64,000 bases of DNA from contig CBDBCR010000003.1 in assembly GCA_965203465.1 (NCBI GenBank), positions 128,001 through 192,000 on the forward strand, in the 5' to 3' direction. A model generated the notes under the pieces. It was not told where the DNA came from. It ran no database searches and saw nothing but the letters and a program-made list of their open reading frames with translations. Positions 1-8,258 of the stretch are shown here, in pieces. Both the position numbers and the translations under genes were made by a program. The DNA is from Nitrosopumilaceae archaeon (GTDB taxonomy: Archaea; Thermoproteota; Nitrososphaeria; Nitrososphaerales; Nitrosopumilaceae). Numbering within the stretch: position 1 is the first letter of the stretch; every line of letters begins with the position of its first letter.

Positions 1-758
1 GCCACGCCGAGCAGATCCGACATAGCCGGGCCGGTCATGGACTTTGCGCCGACCAGATCAAGGTATTCCGCGTTCAGCCGGAGGCTGCCGTCGGACCGTA
101 CGTCCAAGAGGCTCTCCATCATCAGCTCGTAGTAGGAGGGCCTGCCGTACGCGGCCAGCCCCATCACCTTGTACTCGCCCTCGTTTATCCCGAACCCCAG
201 GAACTGCGTGATCGCCGAATAGAACAGGCCGACCGAGTGCGGGTAGCGCAGCTCGTACGAAAGGTCTATGCCGTCCCCCGACGCGCTGCCGAACGCGGCG
301 GTGGCCCACTCGCCGACGCCGTCTATTGTCAGCACCGCCGCCTCGTCGAACCCCGACGTGAAGAACGAGTGCGCCGCGTGCGACGTGTGGTGGTCGGCGA
401 ACAGCACGGGCCCGCGGTACCCCGTCTTGCGGATCCTGCTCTTTATCCACAGCCTGCCGCCGAGCCACTTTGGCACCACATCCACAAAGCTGCGCAGGCC
501 GCGCGGGGCGAACGACAGGTAGCCGTCCAGCAGGCGCTCGAACTTTAGCAGGGGCTTTTCGTAAAACGCCACCAAGTCCAGATCCCGCACCCCCACGCCC
601 TGCTCCTCCGTGCAGTACCTGATGGCGCCGGACGGGAAACGGTCGTCGGACTTTGTGCGCGATATGCGCTCCTCGCCCACCGCGGCCACCACCCTGCCGT
701 CCCTGGCCAGCGCGGCCGCCGAGTCGTGGTAGTGGCACGAGATCCCCAGCGAGTACAT
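1..758 (-). CDS. O-carbamoyltransferase (NodU/CmcH/SxtI family), 3' part runs off window
   Basis: Not in ORF track; manual translation from ATG at 758: MYSLGISCHYHDSAAALARDGRVVAAVGEERISRTK...FYEKP...HHTSHAAHSFF...LTIDGVGE...PHSVGLFYSAITQFLGF...EGEYKVMGLAAYG, hallmark carbamoyltransferase N-terminal motifs. Confidence 0.93.
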   Translation of the reverse strand, partial: MYSLGISCHYHDSAAALARDGRVVAAVGEERISRTKSDDRFPSGAIRYCTEEQGVGVRDLDLVAFYEKPLLKFERLLDGYLSFAPRGLRSFVDVVPKWLGGRLWIKSRIRKTGYRGPVLFADHHTSHAAHSFFTSGFDEAAVLTIDGVGEWATAAFGSASGDGIDLSYELRYPHSVGLFYSAITQFLGFGINEGEYKVMGLAAYGRPSYYELMMESLLDVRSDGSLRLNAEYLDLVGAKSMTGPAMSDLLGV

Positions 759-1102
759 CAATACTGCCTCCGAGGGTCGGGCTTTTCGCGCTGCACCCAG
801 TACGTCCCGGCCTCGGACCTGCCCAGCAGGTCTATCCGGAGCAGCCTCATGTATATCCCGTACAGCGATACCAGCGTGACGAAGACGGCCCCCAGGAGCA
901 GGGCCGAGTTGGCCGCGGCGATCGCGTCGAGCGCCCCCTGGATCCTGCGCGCCAGCGGCAGGGCCAACCCGAACGCGGCCGCGGCGAACGCGGCGACCGG
1001 CCAAAAGTCGGCCTGCCCCGCCGAATAGTACAGGACGGCGAACCAGAACGAGGCGCCCGACGCGACGGCCGCGGCCTTTGCCCGGGCAGGCCACCCGTCC
1101 AA
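758..1102 (-). CDS. SxtJ-like small membrane protein
   Basis: Hydrophobic 114 aa with 'NSALLLGAVFVTLVSLYGIYMRLLRIDLL...TYWVQRE' C-terminal pattern; stop overlaps carbamoyltransferase ATG (TGATG). Confidence 0.7.
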   Translation of the reverse strand: MDGWPARAKAAAVASGASFWFAVLYYSAGQADFWPVAAFAAAAFGLALPLARRIQGALDAIAAANSALLLGAVFVTLVSLYGIYMRLLRIDLLGRSEAGTYWVQREKPDPRRQY

Positions 1103-1103
1103 T

Positions 1104-1256
1104 TTAGATCGGGTACACCAGGGCCACCACGCCGCTCTGCACCGACGCGGTCAGCCCCGTCAGCACGAGCAGGACCAGCAGGATCGGCAGCACGTAGAAT
1201 TTGCGGTGCCTGAATACGAGGCCGAACATCTCGCCCACGGTCGACCACCTGTCCAT
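1104..1256 (-). CDS. SxtK/DUF5989-like 50-aa membrane peptide
   Basis: Manual translation MDRWSTVGEMFGLVFRHRKFYVLPILLVLLVLTGLTASVQSGVVALVYPI*; matches the 'RK.W..P......F.Y..F' style of DUF5989; 1 nt from sxtJ-like start. Confidence 0.75.
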   Translation of the reverse strand: MDRWSTVGEMFGLVFRHRKFYVLPILLVLLVLTGLTASVQSGVVALVYPI

Positions 1257-1290
1257 GCCGGCTTTGCCGGGCGCGGGATTTTTAACGGTT

Positions 1291-2922
1291 TCATTCCGGC
1301 CCGCAGCCCGCGAGGAAGTCTGCGGCCTGCCGGAGGTCCGAGCCCGGGCCGGGCCCGCCCGAGTGGACCGCCTTGAGCTCCACGTAGAGGGCCGAGCCGG
1401 CCGGCAGCGCGGCGCCCTCCAGTTCGGCGAACGTGCCGGGGACCAGCTCCACGAACTCGGGCGCGCCGGCCACCCTGGCCACCGTGGCCAGGCCAGGGTA
1501 TTCGGCCCCGCCCTCGTCGGTCCACGGGCCCGCGCGCACGCGCAGCTCCTCGACGCGCTCGGTTCCGGCGTTGGAGATTTTGCGCACCACCGTGTTTGAT
1601 TCGCCGCCCGGCACCAGGACGAACGGCTCGGGCCGCCCGTCCTGGGCGACGGAGCAGCCCGGGCCGGCCTCGGAGGCGGGCCGCGGGGCCTCGGCCAGGA
1701 CCGTCATGCCCTCGTCGGCGTAGTAGGGCCAGTACTCTACGCTGCCGCTCACGCGCGGGGGCGGATCGGGCCCCCAGTAGTTGAACGGTGCAGGCATCGG
1801 GCCGGGAGCCATGTTCACCAGGTCGTAGCCGGTGTTGTCCAGGAACGAGTTGCCGAACGCCCTGACGGACCGGTCTATGGGGGTCTCGGCCACGCGGAAC
1901 CTCTCGAGAAGCTCGCCGCGGCGGTCGTCCTGGACGCCGCATACCTGCACGCACAGCAGTATCCCGTTGTGGCTGCCCCGGATCACGTTGTCGCGTATGT
2001 CCGTGTTGGAGTCGTCGGCGCCCCAGATCACGATGGCCGCCTCGGGGACGGCCTCGTGCCGCCCGTCCAGGTACCGCAAAGAGTTGTTGGCACCCGTTAT
2101 GGTGTTGCCGTAGATCTCGAGGCTGGCCTCCGATCCGGCGAGCTTGCGCGCGTCCGGCGTGCCCTCGCCGTGCGTGCGCTCGACGGCCTTTTGTATGCCG
2201 AAGGCGGGCACGTTCGATATCGAGTTGCCGCTGATGTGGCCGTTTATGATGCCCGAGGCCCCCACGTTGATCCCCGCGAACGTGGCCGTGTCGATGGTGT
2301 TGCCCGATATGAGCAGGTCGCGCAGCAGGCCGTGCTCGGCGGTGCGGATGGCGGTCAGCAGCCTGCCGGCCTTCTGCTCCACCGTGTACCCGTCGGGGTA
2401 CGGAATCCCGATGTTCTTGAGCACGTTGCCGGTTATGCGCAGGTTGGAGATCGTGCTCTGGTCGTCGATTATCCTGATCCCGTGGCTCGCCGTGTCTTTT
2501 ATCGTGTTGTTCGATATGGCGATGTCGCTCAGATCCCGGTTGTCCGGGCTCCACATGCCCACCGAGATCACCTCGTGGTCGCCCATCTGCCCCCGCTCGT
2601 TCCTGGCGCGCACGATGTCGGCGAACGTCAGGTTCTCGACCGTCACGCCGCCGCTGTGCACGCGCAGCGTGCTGTCCCCAGATATGACCGCGCCGGGCTC
2701 GCCGGTCAGCGTAGCGGGCTTGGATACTATTATCTCGCCCAGGTCGGGGTGCGCGCCGGCGGCAAAGATCAGGGTGCCCCCGCTCTCGAGGGCGTCGAGA
2801 TCCGCCTGCACGCCGCCGGTGCCCGGTTCTATGGTCGCAGAGCCTGCCGCGTGCGCCGGCGCGGCGCACCCGGCCAGCGCGAGGCACAGCGCCGCCGCGC
2901 AGAAAAAGCCGGTGCCCGCCAA
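1291..2922 (-). CDS. Secreted right-handed parallel beta-helix (pectin-lyase fold) protein
   Basis: Signal peptide; repeated 'ISNNTI/ITGNVL/ISGNTI/ISGNSI/IRDNVI' strands; 'APFNYWG' motif. Confidence 0.75.
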   Translation of the reverse strand: MAGTGFFCAAALCLALAGCAAPAHAAGSATIEPGTGGVQADLDALESGGTLIFAAGAHPDLGEIIVSKPATLTGEPGAVISGDSTLRVHSGGVTVENLTFADIVRARNERGQMGDHEVISVGMWSPDNRDLSDIAISNNTIKDTASHGIRIIDDQSTISNLRITGNVLKNIGIPYPDGYTVEQKAGRLLTAIRTAEHGLLRDLLISGNTIDTATFAGINVGASGIINGHISGNSISNVPAFGIQKAVERTHGEGTPDARKLAGSEASLEIYGNTITGANNSLRYLDGRHEAVPEAAIVIWGADDSNTDIRDNVIRGSHNGILLCVQVCGVQDDRRGELLERFRVAETPIDRSVRAFGNSFLDNTGYDLVNMAPGPMPAPFNYWGPDPPPRVSGSVEYWPYYADEGMTVLAEAPRPASEAGPGCSVAQDGRPEPFVLVPGGESNTVVRKISNAGTERVEELRVRAGPWTDEGGAEYPGLATVARVAGAPEFVELVPGTFAELEGAALPAGSALYVELKAVHSGGPGPGSDLRQAADFLAGCGPE

Positions 2923-2985
2923 CCCGCCCCTTCTGCGCGCGGTAGTATTTTTGCTGATCGTTCCGGCCTTGCGCCGGAGCGGTTC

Positions 2986-4257
2986 GGGGTTGTTGCATAA
3001 TTCCCCCGTGAATCGCCCAAAGTGACGGATTCCGTCGTTTTGGGGGCTCGGCGGCGGGCGGCCTGATTCCCCCGGGGGCCGTTTCCGGCCCGTACGGGCC
3101 CTCGCAGATTACCCCGCGGCCGGCGCGGCGGCGGTTTCCGCGGCGCACCGGATACGGTTGAGCGCGCGCACGTTCCACGTTATTGCGAGCAGCACGCCGA
3201 ACCTCTCCTGCGTCTCCTTTTTCCTGTACCTGCAGAGCAGCCGGTGGGCGCGCGTCTCCTCGGCCCCGAATAGTCCCTCGACCATCCTGCGCTTCCGGTA
3301 GCGCCACAGATCGAACAGGGCCGCGGCCCTGCGGCGGAACCGCTTGCCGACGTTGCGCCTGTTGCCGCTGTTCTCCCTGCTCTTCCTCTGATCGATGTTG
3401 GGGCGCATGCCCATGTCGAAGGCGGCCTTGCAGTTCCGGTCCGAGTCGTATCCCCTGTCGGCGTGGAACCACCAGCCGGCGAAACTGCGCCCCAGTTTCT
3501 TGGCCTTTTCAAAAAGCAATGGCAGCATGTCGGTGTCGGCCACGTTGCTGGACGTCATCTTGCACGAGAGTATTATCTGCAGCTTCAACACCGCGAAAAC
3601 GTGCAATTTCAGGTGCGATTTTACGCGCGCGACGGTCTCTTTGCCGGTCTTTTTGTCCAGTTTTACCCTGTCTTCGTACCTGTCGGTCTCCGCGCCGGTG
3701 CTGTCCGCCGCCGTGTCGACCTCGCTCGCCTCGCCGATCCCGGCCCTTTCCAGGCACGCGTTGGCGATCGCCGTCAGCACCCTTTCGAGCCACTCCATGT
3801 CGAGCGCCGCGTGCGCCCTGAAAATGGTCGTGTGGTCGGGAACGCGCCCGCCCAGATCCAGGTTCCACGAGGCCACCGCGTTCTCGGCTTTCTGGTACGA
3901 GAGGTTGAAGTGGTTTAGCAGGATGCACACGATGGCCATTTCGGCCAGGGGGTACGCTCTTTTCCGGCCTCTGGAGCTCTTGCGCACCGGCTCGGGCGGC
4001 GGGTTTTTCCTCACCGTATCCTTGACGTAGCCTACGACGAAACCGTTTTCTGAGGCGCGCGCTGCGTGGTATCCGGGCCAGTAGCCGTCCCGCCGTTGGT
4101 GCTTCAACGGCTGGGTGGCGCTGGCCGTGATCAATAAGCGTAGCGGTTGGAAAAATTGACCGTTTGTCGGAAAAAACTGATCTGCGCGGCCCTCCTGCGG
4201 GCGCCAGGCCCCGGATGCGACGGAATCCATCGTTCTGGGGAATTATGCAACAACCCC
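2986..4257 (-). mobile_element. IS5-family insertion sequence, 1272 bp
   Basis: 21-bp TIR GGGGTTGTTGCATAATTCCCC at 2986-3006 and its reverse complement at 4237-4257; 9-bp TSD GAGCGGTTC at 2977-2985 and 4258-4266. Confidence 0.92.
3109..4230 (-). CDS. IS5-family DDE transposase (true start uncertain)
   Basis: PDHTTIFR, AADSTG, KLHV, ADRGYDS, YRKRRMVEGLFG motifs. Confidence 0.88.
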   Translation of the reverse strand: MDSVASGAWRPQEGRADQFFPTNGQFFQPLRLLITASATQPLKHQRRDGYWPGYHAARASENGFVVGYVKDTVRKNPPPEPVRKSSRGRKRAYPLAEMAIVCILLNHFNLSYQKAENAVASWNLDLGGRVPDHTTIFRAHAALDMEWLERVLTAIANACLERAGIGEASEVDTAADSTGAETDRYEDRVKLDKKTGKETVARVKSHLKLHVFAVLKLQIILSCKMTSSNVADTDMLPLLFEKAKKLGRSFAGWWFHADRGYDSDRNCKAAFDMGMRPNIDQRKSRENSGNRRNVGKRFRRRAAALFDLWRYRKRRMVEGLFGAEETRAHRLLCRYRKKETQERFGVLLAITWNVRALNRIRCAAETAAAPAAG

Positions 4258-4303
4258 GAGCGGTTCGAATAAGTTAAATGCCCTGCGCGGGGATCGGCCG
4301 CGG

Positions 4304-5182
4304 TTGGGCGCGCGCGAAATACTGGAGGTCTCAAAGCCACGCATAGTGGTGCTGCTCGTCATAACCGCGGTGGCCTCGATGTACGGCGCGTCCATGCTGG
4401 TGCCCGGCACCCCCGCCCCGGACGCGTGGGCGTACGTCCACATAATAGCGGCCGGCGCGCTGGCCTCGGCCGGCTCCAGCGCCCTGAACCACTACTACGA
4501 CCGCGACGTCGATTCGAGGATGTCGAGGACGCGGGGGCGGCCCATACCGTCTGGCCGCATAGGCTCCCCCGCCGTGCTGGCGTACGGGCTGGCGGCCAGC
4601 GCCGCGTCGGTGGCCTACGCGTATGTACTGATAAACCCCGCCTCGGCCGGCTTTATCGCGCTGGGCGTCTTTTCGTACGTCGTCATATACACGGTCTGGC
4701 TAAAGCGCCTCAACACCTCCAACATAGTCATAGGCGGCATAGCCGGCAGCGCGGCCGCCTGGGCGGGGTGGGCCGCGGCCACCGGCTCGATGGACCTGCT
4801 CGGGTTCATGGTCGGGTTTTTGGTGTTCGTCTGGACGCCGTCGCACTTTTGGTGCCTCGCCATGAAGATACGCGACGAGTACGAGACGGCGGGCATACCC
4901 ATGCTGCCAGTCGTGATAGGCATGCAGCGCACCTCTCGGTACATACTGGCCAACACCCTGATACTGGTGCCGTTCTCCCTCTCGCTGTACGCGTTCGGCA
5001 TGGGCCTGGTGTACGCGGCGGTGGCCGCCGCCTCCGGCGGCCTGATGCTCGCCTACCACTACAGGCTCACGCGCGATCCCACGCCGGACTTTGCCTGGAG
5101 GGCCTACAAGGTGACCGCGCCGTACCTGACCGTCATATTCCTGGCCGTGGCCCTCGACGCGGCGTTCCACGTCAGGCCCTAG
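4304..5182 (+). CDS. cyoE: Protoheme IX farnesyltransferase (heme O synthase)
   Basis: KPRIVVLL, NHYYDRDVDSRMSRTRGRPIPSGRI, YTVWLKR, WTPSHFW, GIPMLPVV. Confidence 0.95.
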   Translation: MGAREILEVSKPRIVVLLVITAVASMYGASMLVPGTPAPDAWAYVHIIAAGALASAGSSALNHYYDRDVDSRMSRTRGRPIPSGRIGSPAVLAYGLAASAASVAYAYVLINPASAGFIALGVFSYVVIYTVWLKRLNTSNIVIGGIAGSAAAWAGWAAATGSMDLLGFMVGFLVFVWTPSHFWCLAMKIRDEYETAGIPMLPVVIGMQRTSRYILANTLILVPFSLSLYAFGMGLVYAAVAAASGGLMLAYHYRLTRDPTPDFAWRAYKVTAPYLTVIFLAVALDAAFHVRP

Positions 5183-5445
5183 CCGGCGCCCGGAAAGCTG
5201 GACTCGTAGCCGCGCTCGGCGTCTTCTGGCTCTGCCTTTTCCTTGACGGCCTCTATGCGGCGCGTGTCCTTTGCTATCCACGTCACGTTGACGAGGCCCA
5301 GTATCTCCAGATCCAGCAGTATCTTGTTCATCGCGGCCCCCGATATACCAGTCTCGGCCTTTGCGAGCGCCTTTGCCAGCTCTGCGTCCGTCAGAGAGCC
5401 GGCAGTCTGCACCTTTTCGAACACCAGGTTCCGCGAGGGGAGCAA
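5179..5445 (-). CDS. Small conserved wHTH-like hypothetical protein
   Basis: TTG start inferred at 5445; 'SLTDAELAKAL...MNKILLDLEILGLVNVTW' winged-helix pattern. Confidence 0.6.
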   Translation of the reverse strand: MLPSRNLVFEKVQTAGSLTDAELAKALAKAETGISGAAMNKILLDLEILGLVNVTWIAKDTRRIEAVKEKAEPEDAERGYESSFPGAG

Positions 5446-5557
5446 CGCGCGGGGGCCCGGGGCGCCCCAAAAAAACGTTTGCCGGCCGGCCCCAAGCGAC
5501 ACTGGTGCAAATTTGGAACCTAGGCACGGATCCACGCCTAGAAACGACCCACACGAG

Positions 5558-6913
5558 TCAGATCGTCATTCTGCCGCGTTTCTTGTTCTCTGCCCTAAGA
5601 CCAGACAGAGTAAGTTTGTTGCTCTTGATCCTGTTACAAGGACTGCACAAGAGAACTCTGTTGCGGATATGGTTGATGCCCCCGTCCGACCTGGGCATGT
5701 TGTGATCAATTTCCAAATACAGCGGATCGTCAAACACTCTGTAACACCCGGCGCATTTTAGCCCGTTTACACGGGCCAATTCGTCAAACATTTCTTGGCG
5801 AGACATCGCCTTTTCTCTAGGCTCTCGCATCTTCACTTTCAAGAACGGAGTTGCGACAACCCCGTCATCAGTGCGTTCTGGTGCGGCTGTCTTGTAATAC
5901 ACCTTGCCTTCAGATATTATGAGATCGCCACGCTCTTTTTCTGGGCCGTCCAAAAAACACTCTTGTTGTAGACGCTCTATCACTTTCATATGGGCCCCGT
6001 CCCATACGTCGATTCCGATCCACCGCCGGTTCAGTTTTTCAGCCGCAATCAGCGTTGTCGCGCAACCACAAAATGGATCAAGGACTACATCCCCTTGGTT
6101 GGAAGAAGCGCTGATGAATTTCATGTAAAGATCCACGGGTTTTTGGGTAGGGTAATCAGTGCGCTCTTTCGCAGTAGCTGATAAAAGCGGTATGTCTATC
6201 ACATCGCCTTGTAGTTTTCCTTTCGGATAGACTTTGCCATAATATATGTCGCCGTTGGTTCGTCGACGTTTTACCAATGCATACTTTCTGCCGTCTTTGT
6301 CTACCTTGTTGTATCGAGACATGGATTTGTCCTTGTATTCCCCGAACACTTTGTTCCAAGTGTAGCGTTGCTTTGACTTTGAATACAGAAACACAGTATC
6401 GTGTTCTTGCTGGTATCTGTTTTTTCTGGGAGTTCCTCGGTACCCCTTGTACCATATCACCTCATTGACGAAGTTTGTTTTCCCGAACACTGCATCCATC
6501 AATTCTTTTAGATAATGCGAAGCCGTCGGATCGCAGTGGAGGTGTATTGAACCTGCTTCTTTCAGTATGCGTCGCATCTCCACGAGTCTAACCGCAATAA
6601 AGCACAAAAATGCACCCATATCGTCACCATAACTGCTTCGGGAGCCTTCTATCACATGATATGTGTTGGGCCAGTCTTCAATCAACTGATCCACCCATTC
6701 AGGATGAACGTCGTTTTCCCAAGTCCAGCGGTCTTGGAACTTGGCTCCACTTGAACGAGAATCTAGTTTTGCGAAAAAATCTCGGCCTTTGTTGAATGGT
6801 GGATCAGTTGCGATCAAGTCGACGGTGTTTGTGTTTATGCCCCTCAAAATAGGCAGGTTGTCTTGATGGTACAGGGTACGAGTCTCCCAGTTTGGCTCGC
6901 CGTCGCTCCTCAC
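5558..6913 (-). CDS. Beta-class N6/N4 DNA methyltransferase fused to C-terminal HNH endonuclease
   Basis: VDLIATDPPFN, YPTQKP, VLDPFCGCATT; C-terminus CAGC...IDHNMPRSDGG.NHIRNRVLLCSPCNRIK; lower GC than flanks. Confidence 0.88.
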   Translation of the reverse strand: MRSDGEPNWETRTLYHQDNLPILRGINTNTVDLIATDPPFNKGRDFFAKLDSRSSGAKFQDRWTWENDVHPEWVDQLIEDWPNTYHVIEGSRSSYGDDMGAFLCFIAVRLVEMRRILKEAGSIHLHCDPTASHYLKELMDAVFGKTNFVNEVIWYKGYRGTPRKNRYQQEHDTVFLYSKSKQRYTWNKVFGEYKDKSMSRYNKVDKDGRKYALVKRRRTNGDIYYGKVYPKGKLQGDVIDIPLLSATAKERTDYPTQKPVDLYMKFISASSNQGDVVLDPFCGCATTLIAAEKLNRRWIGIDVWDGAHMKVIERLQQECFLDGPEKERGDLIISEGKVYYKTAAPERTDDGVVATPFLKVKMREPREKAMSRQEMFDELARVNGLKCAGCYRVFDDPLYLEIDHNMPRSDGGINHIRNRVLLCSPCNRIKSNKLTLSGLRAENKKRGRMTI

Positions 6914-6930
6914 AGAGCGTCACCCTCTCT

Positions 6931-6956
6931 CTTAGGTGTAGGTCTTAGGTGTAGGT
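6931..6956. repeat. 13-bp tandem duplication CTTAGGTGTAGGT x2 beside IS630 left end
   Basis: Read directly at 6931-6943 and 6944-6956. Confidence 0.85.
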
Positions 6957-6959
6957 CTA

Positions 6960-8063
6960 TTCTGCCGATCAGAGAAGATTTCGCCTGTAGAACAAAGTGT
7001 CCATAAATCTTATAGATCTCGGGTGAGGGTGTCAGGTCATGGACAAGATTCGGGAACTGACGGAGGCCATGCACGCGGAGAAAGATGCAAACATTCAAAA
7101 CCAGTTAATTGGAGTGCGCTGGGTTTTGTTGGGGCATTCCACCGCAGACACGTCCAGCCTGCTTGATGTGAATCAGCGCACGGTGCAGTTGTGGTTGAAA
7201 CGGTACAAGAAGAAAGGCATCGAAGGCCTCCGCGATGCCCCCCGCGATGCCCCCCGCGCCGGCCAAGAACCAAGAGTCTCGTACGGACGCCTGGCAAAGA
7301 TCGCGCTGAGGCTGTACATGAAGAACATGCTGACTCCCAAAAAGATGCTCAAGTGGACTGAGCAGAAGCTGGGCATAAGGTACAGCCTCGAAAACATAAG
7401 GCGTATCCTCCGCGTCTTGGGGTTCTCGCGCAAGACATCCGTGACAAAGCTCGCCGATGCCGCCGATCCGAAGGAGGTAGAAAAGTGGCAGATAGACGTG
7501 AAAAGAATAATCGTGAACGCGAAAAAGCGCGGTTTTATCATAACAATACAGGACGAATCGATATTCGTCAACATGGGCACGGACGGGCTGAAGCTCTGGG
7601 GGCCCAAGGGGGAGAGGGTGGTCGTAGAAAGATCGGGCCGCAGGCTCTTCGTCGTGGTGTACGGCACGATCGCCGAAGACGGCACCAGGCTGATGCGCAC
7701 CTACGACAAATTCAACAGCGCCAACTTCGTGGACTATCTGGAGCAGGCGCGCAGAAAATGGGGCAAGGTTTTGATGATCATGGACAATGCGGCGCAGCAC
7801 AAGTCGAAAAAAACACGCAGGTATCTGGAGCAGAATCCCGACGTCATGGTGGTGTACCTGCCGGTTGCACGGCCAGAGCTGAGCGCCATAGAGGCGATAT
7901 GGAAGCAGGCAAAGTACAGGCTGATCACGTCGGAATTTTACAAGACGGTTGATGATCTGAAGGCGGCGGTCTCGGAATATTTCCGAACCTGCTCGATCAA
8001 CATCGACATCTATACATATTTGATGCGTCACGTATGAGGCGAAATCTTCAATGCCCGCCAGAA
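6960..8063 (+). mobile_element. IS630-family insertion sequence, 1104 bp
   Basis: Imperfect 27-bp TIRs TTCTG-N9-GAAGATTTCGCCT (6960-6986; inverse 8037-8063), flanked by TA at 6958-6959 and 8064-8065. Confidence 0.88.
7039..8037 (+). CDS. IS630-family transposase
   Basis: HTH N-terminus (TVQLWLKRY), IQDES, MDNAAQHK, YLPVARPELSAIEAIW; 12-bp duplication giving RDAPRDAP. Confidence 0.93.
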   Translation: MDKIRELTEAMHAEKDANIQNQLIGVRWVLLGHSTADTSSLLDVNQRTVQLWLKRYKKKGIEGLRDAPRDAPRAGQEPRVSYGRLAKIALRLYMKNMLTPKKMLKWTEQKLGIRYSLENIRRILRVLGFSRKTSVTKLADAADPKEVEKWQIDVKRIIVNAKKRGFIITIQDESIFVNMGTDGLKLWGPKGERVVVERSGRRLFVVVYGTIAEDGTRLMRTYDKFNSANFVDYLEQARRKWGKVLMIMDNAAQHKSKKTRRYLEQNPDVMVVYLPVARPELSAIEAIWKQAKYRLITSEFYKTVDDLKAAVSEYFRTCSINIDIYTYLMRHV

Positions 8064-8258
8064 TAGGTTCGGACATGCCCCCCTTTCCAAATCCCATATT
8101 TGAGTCACCGCCATAGCGGATTCCTGCAAATCGGTGTAAGACGGGATCGGGTGGTAAAGGTGCCTAATTCCACCGAATCTGTCGGCTGCGCTGTGAGCCA
8201 TCTGCACGAACGGTTCTTTCACCACGCTTCGGTTCCCGGCAGGCTCATTTAACTGACG

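Noticed and set aside
1-1256. Saxitoxin biosynthesis
   Set aside because: Only the widespread I/J/K-like trio is present; no sxtA/G-type genes visible
1160-3472. Long Arg/Gly/Ala-rich ORFs (e.g. 770 aa here, also 8245-9759, 50232-52895 upstream part, 57405-60482)
   Set aside because: Shadow frames of real genes caused by high GC; no motifs
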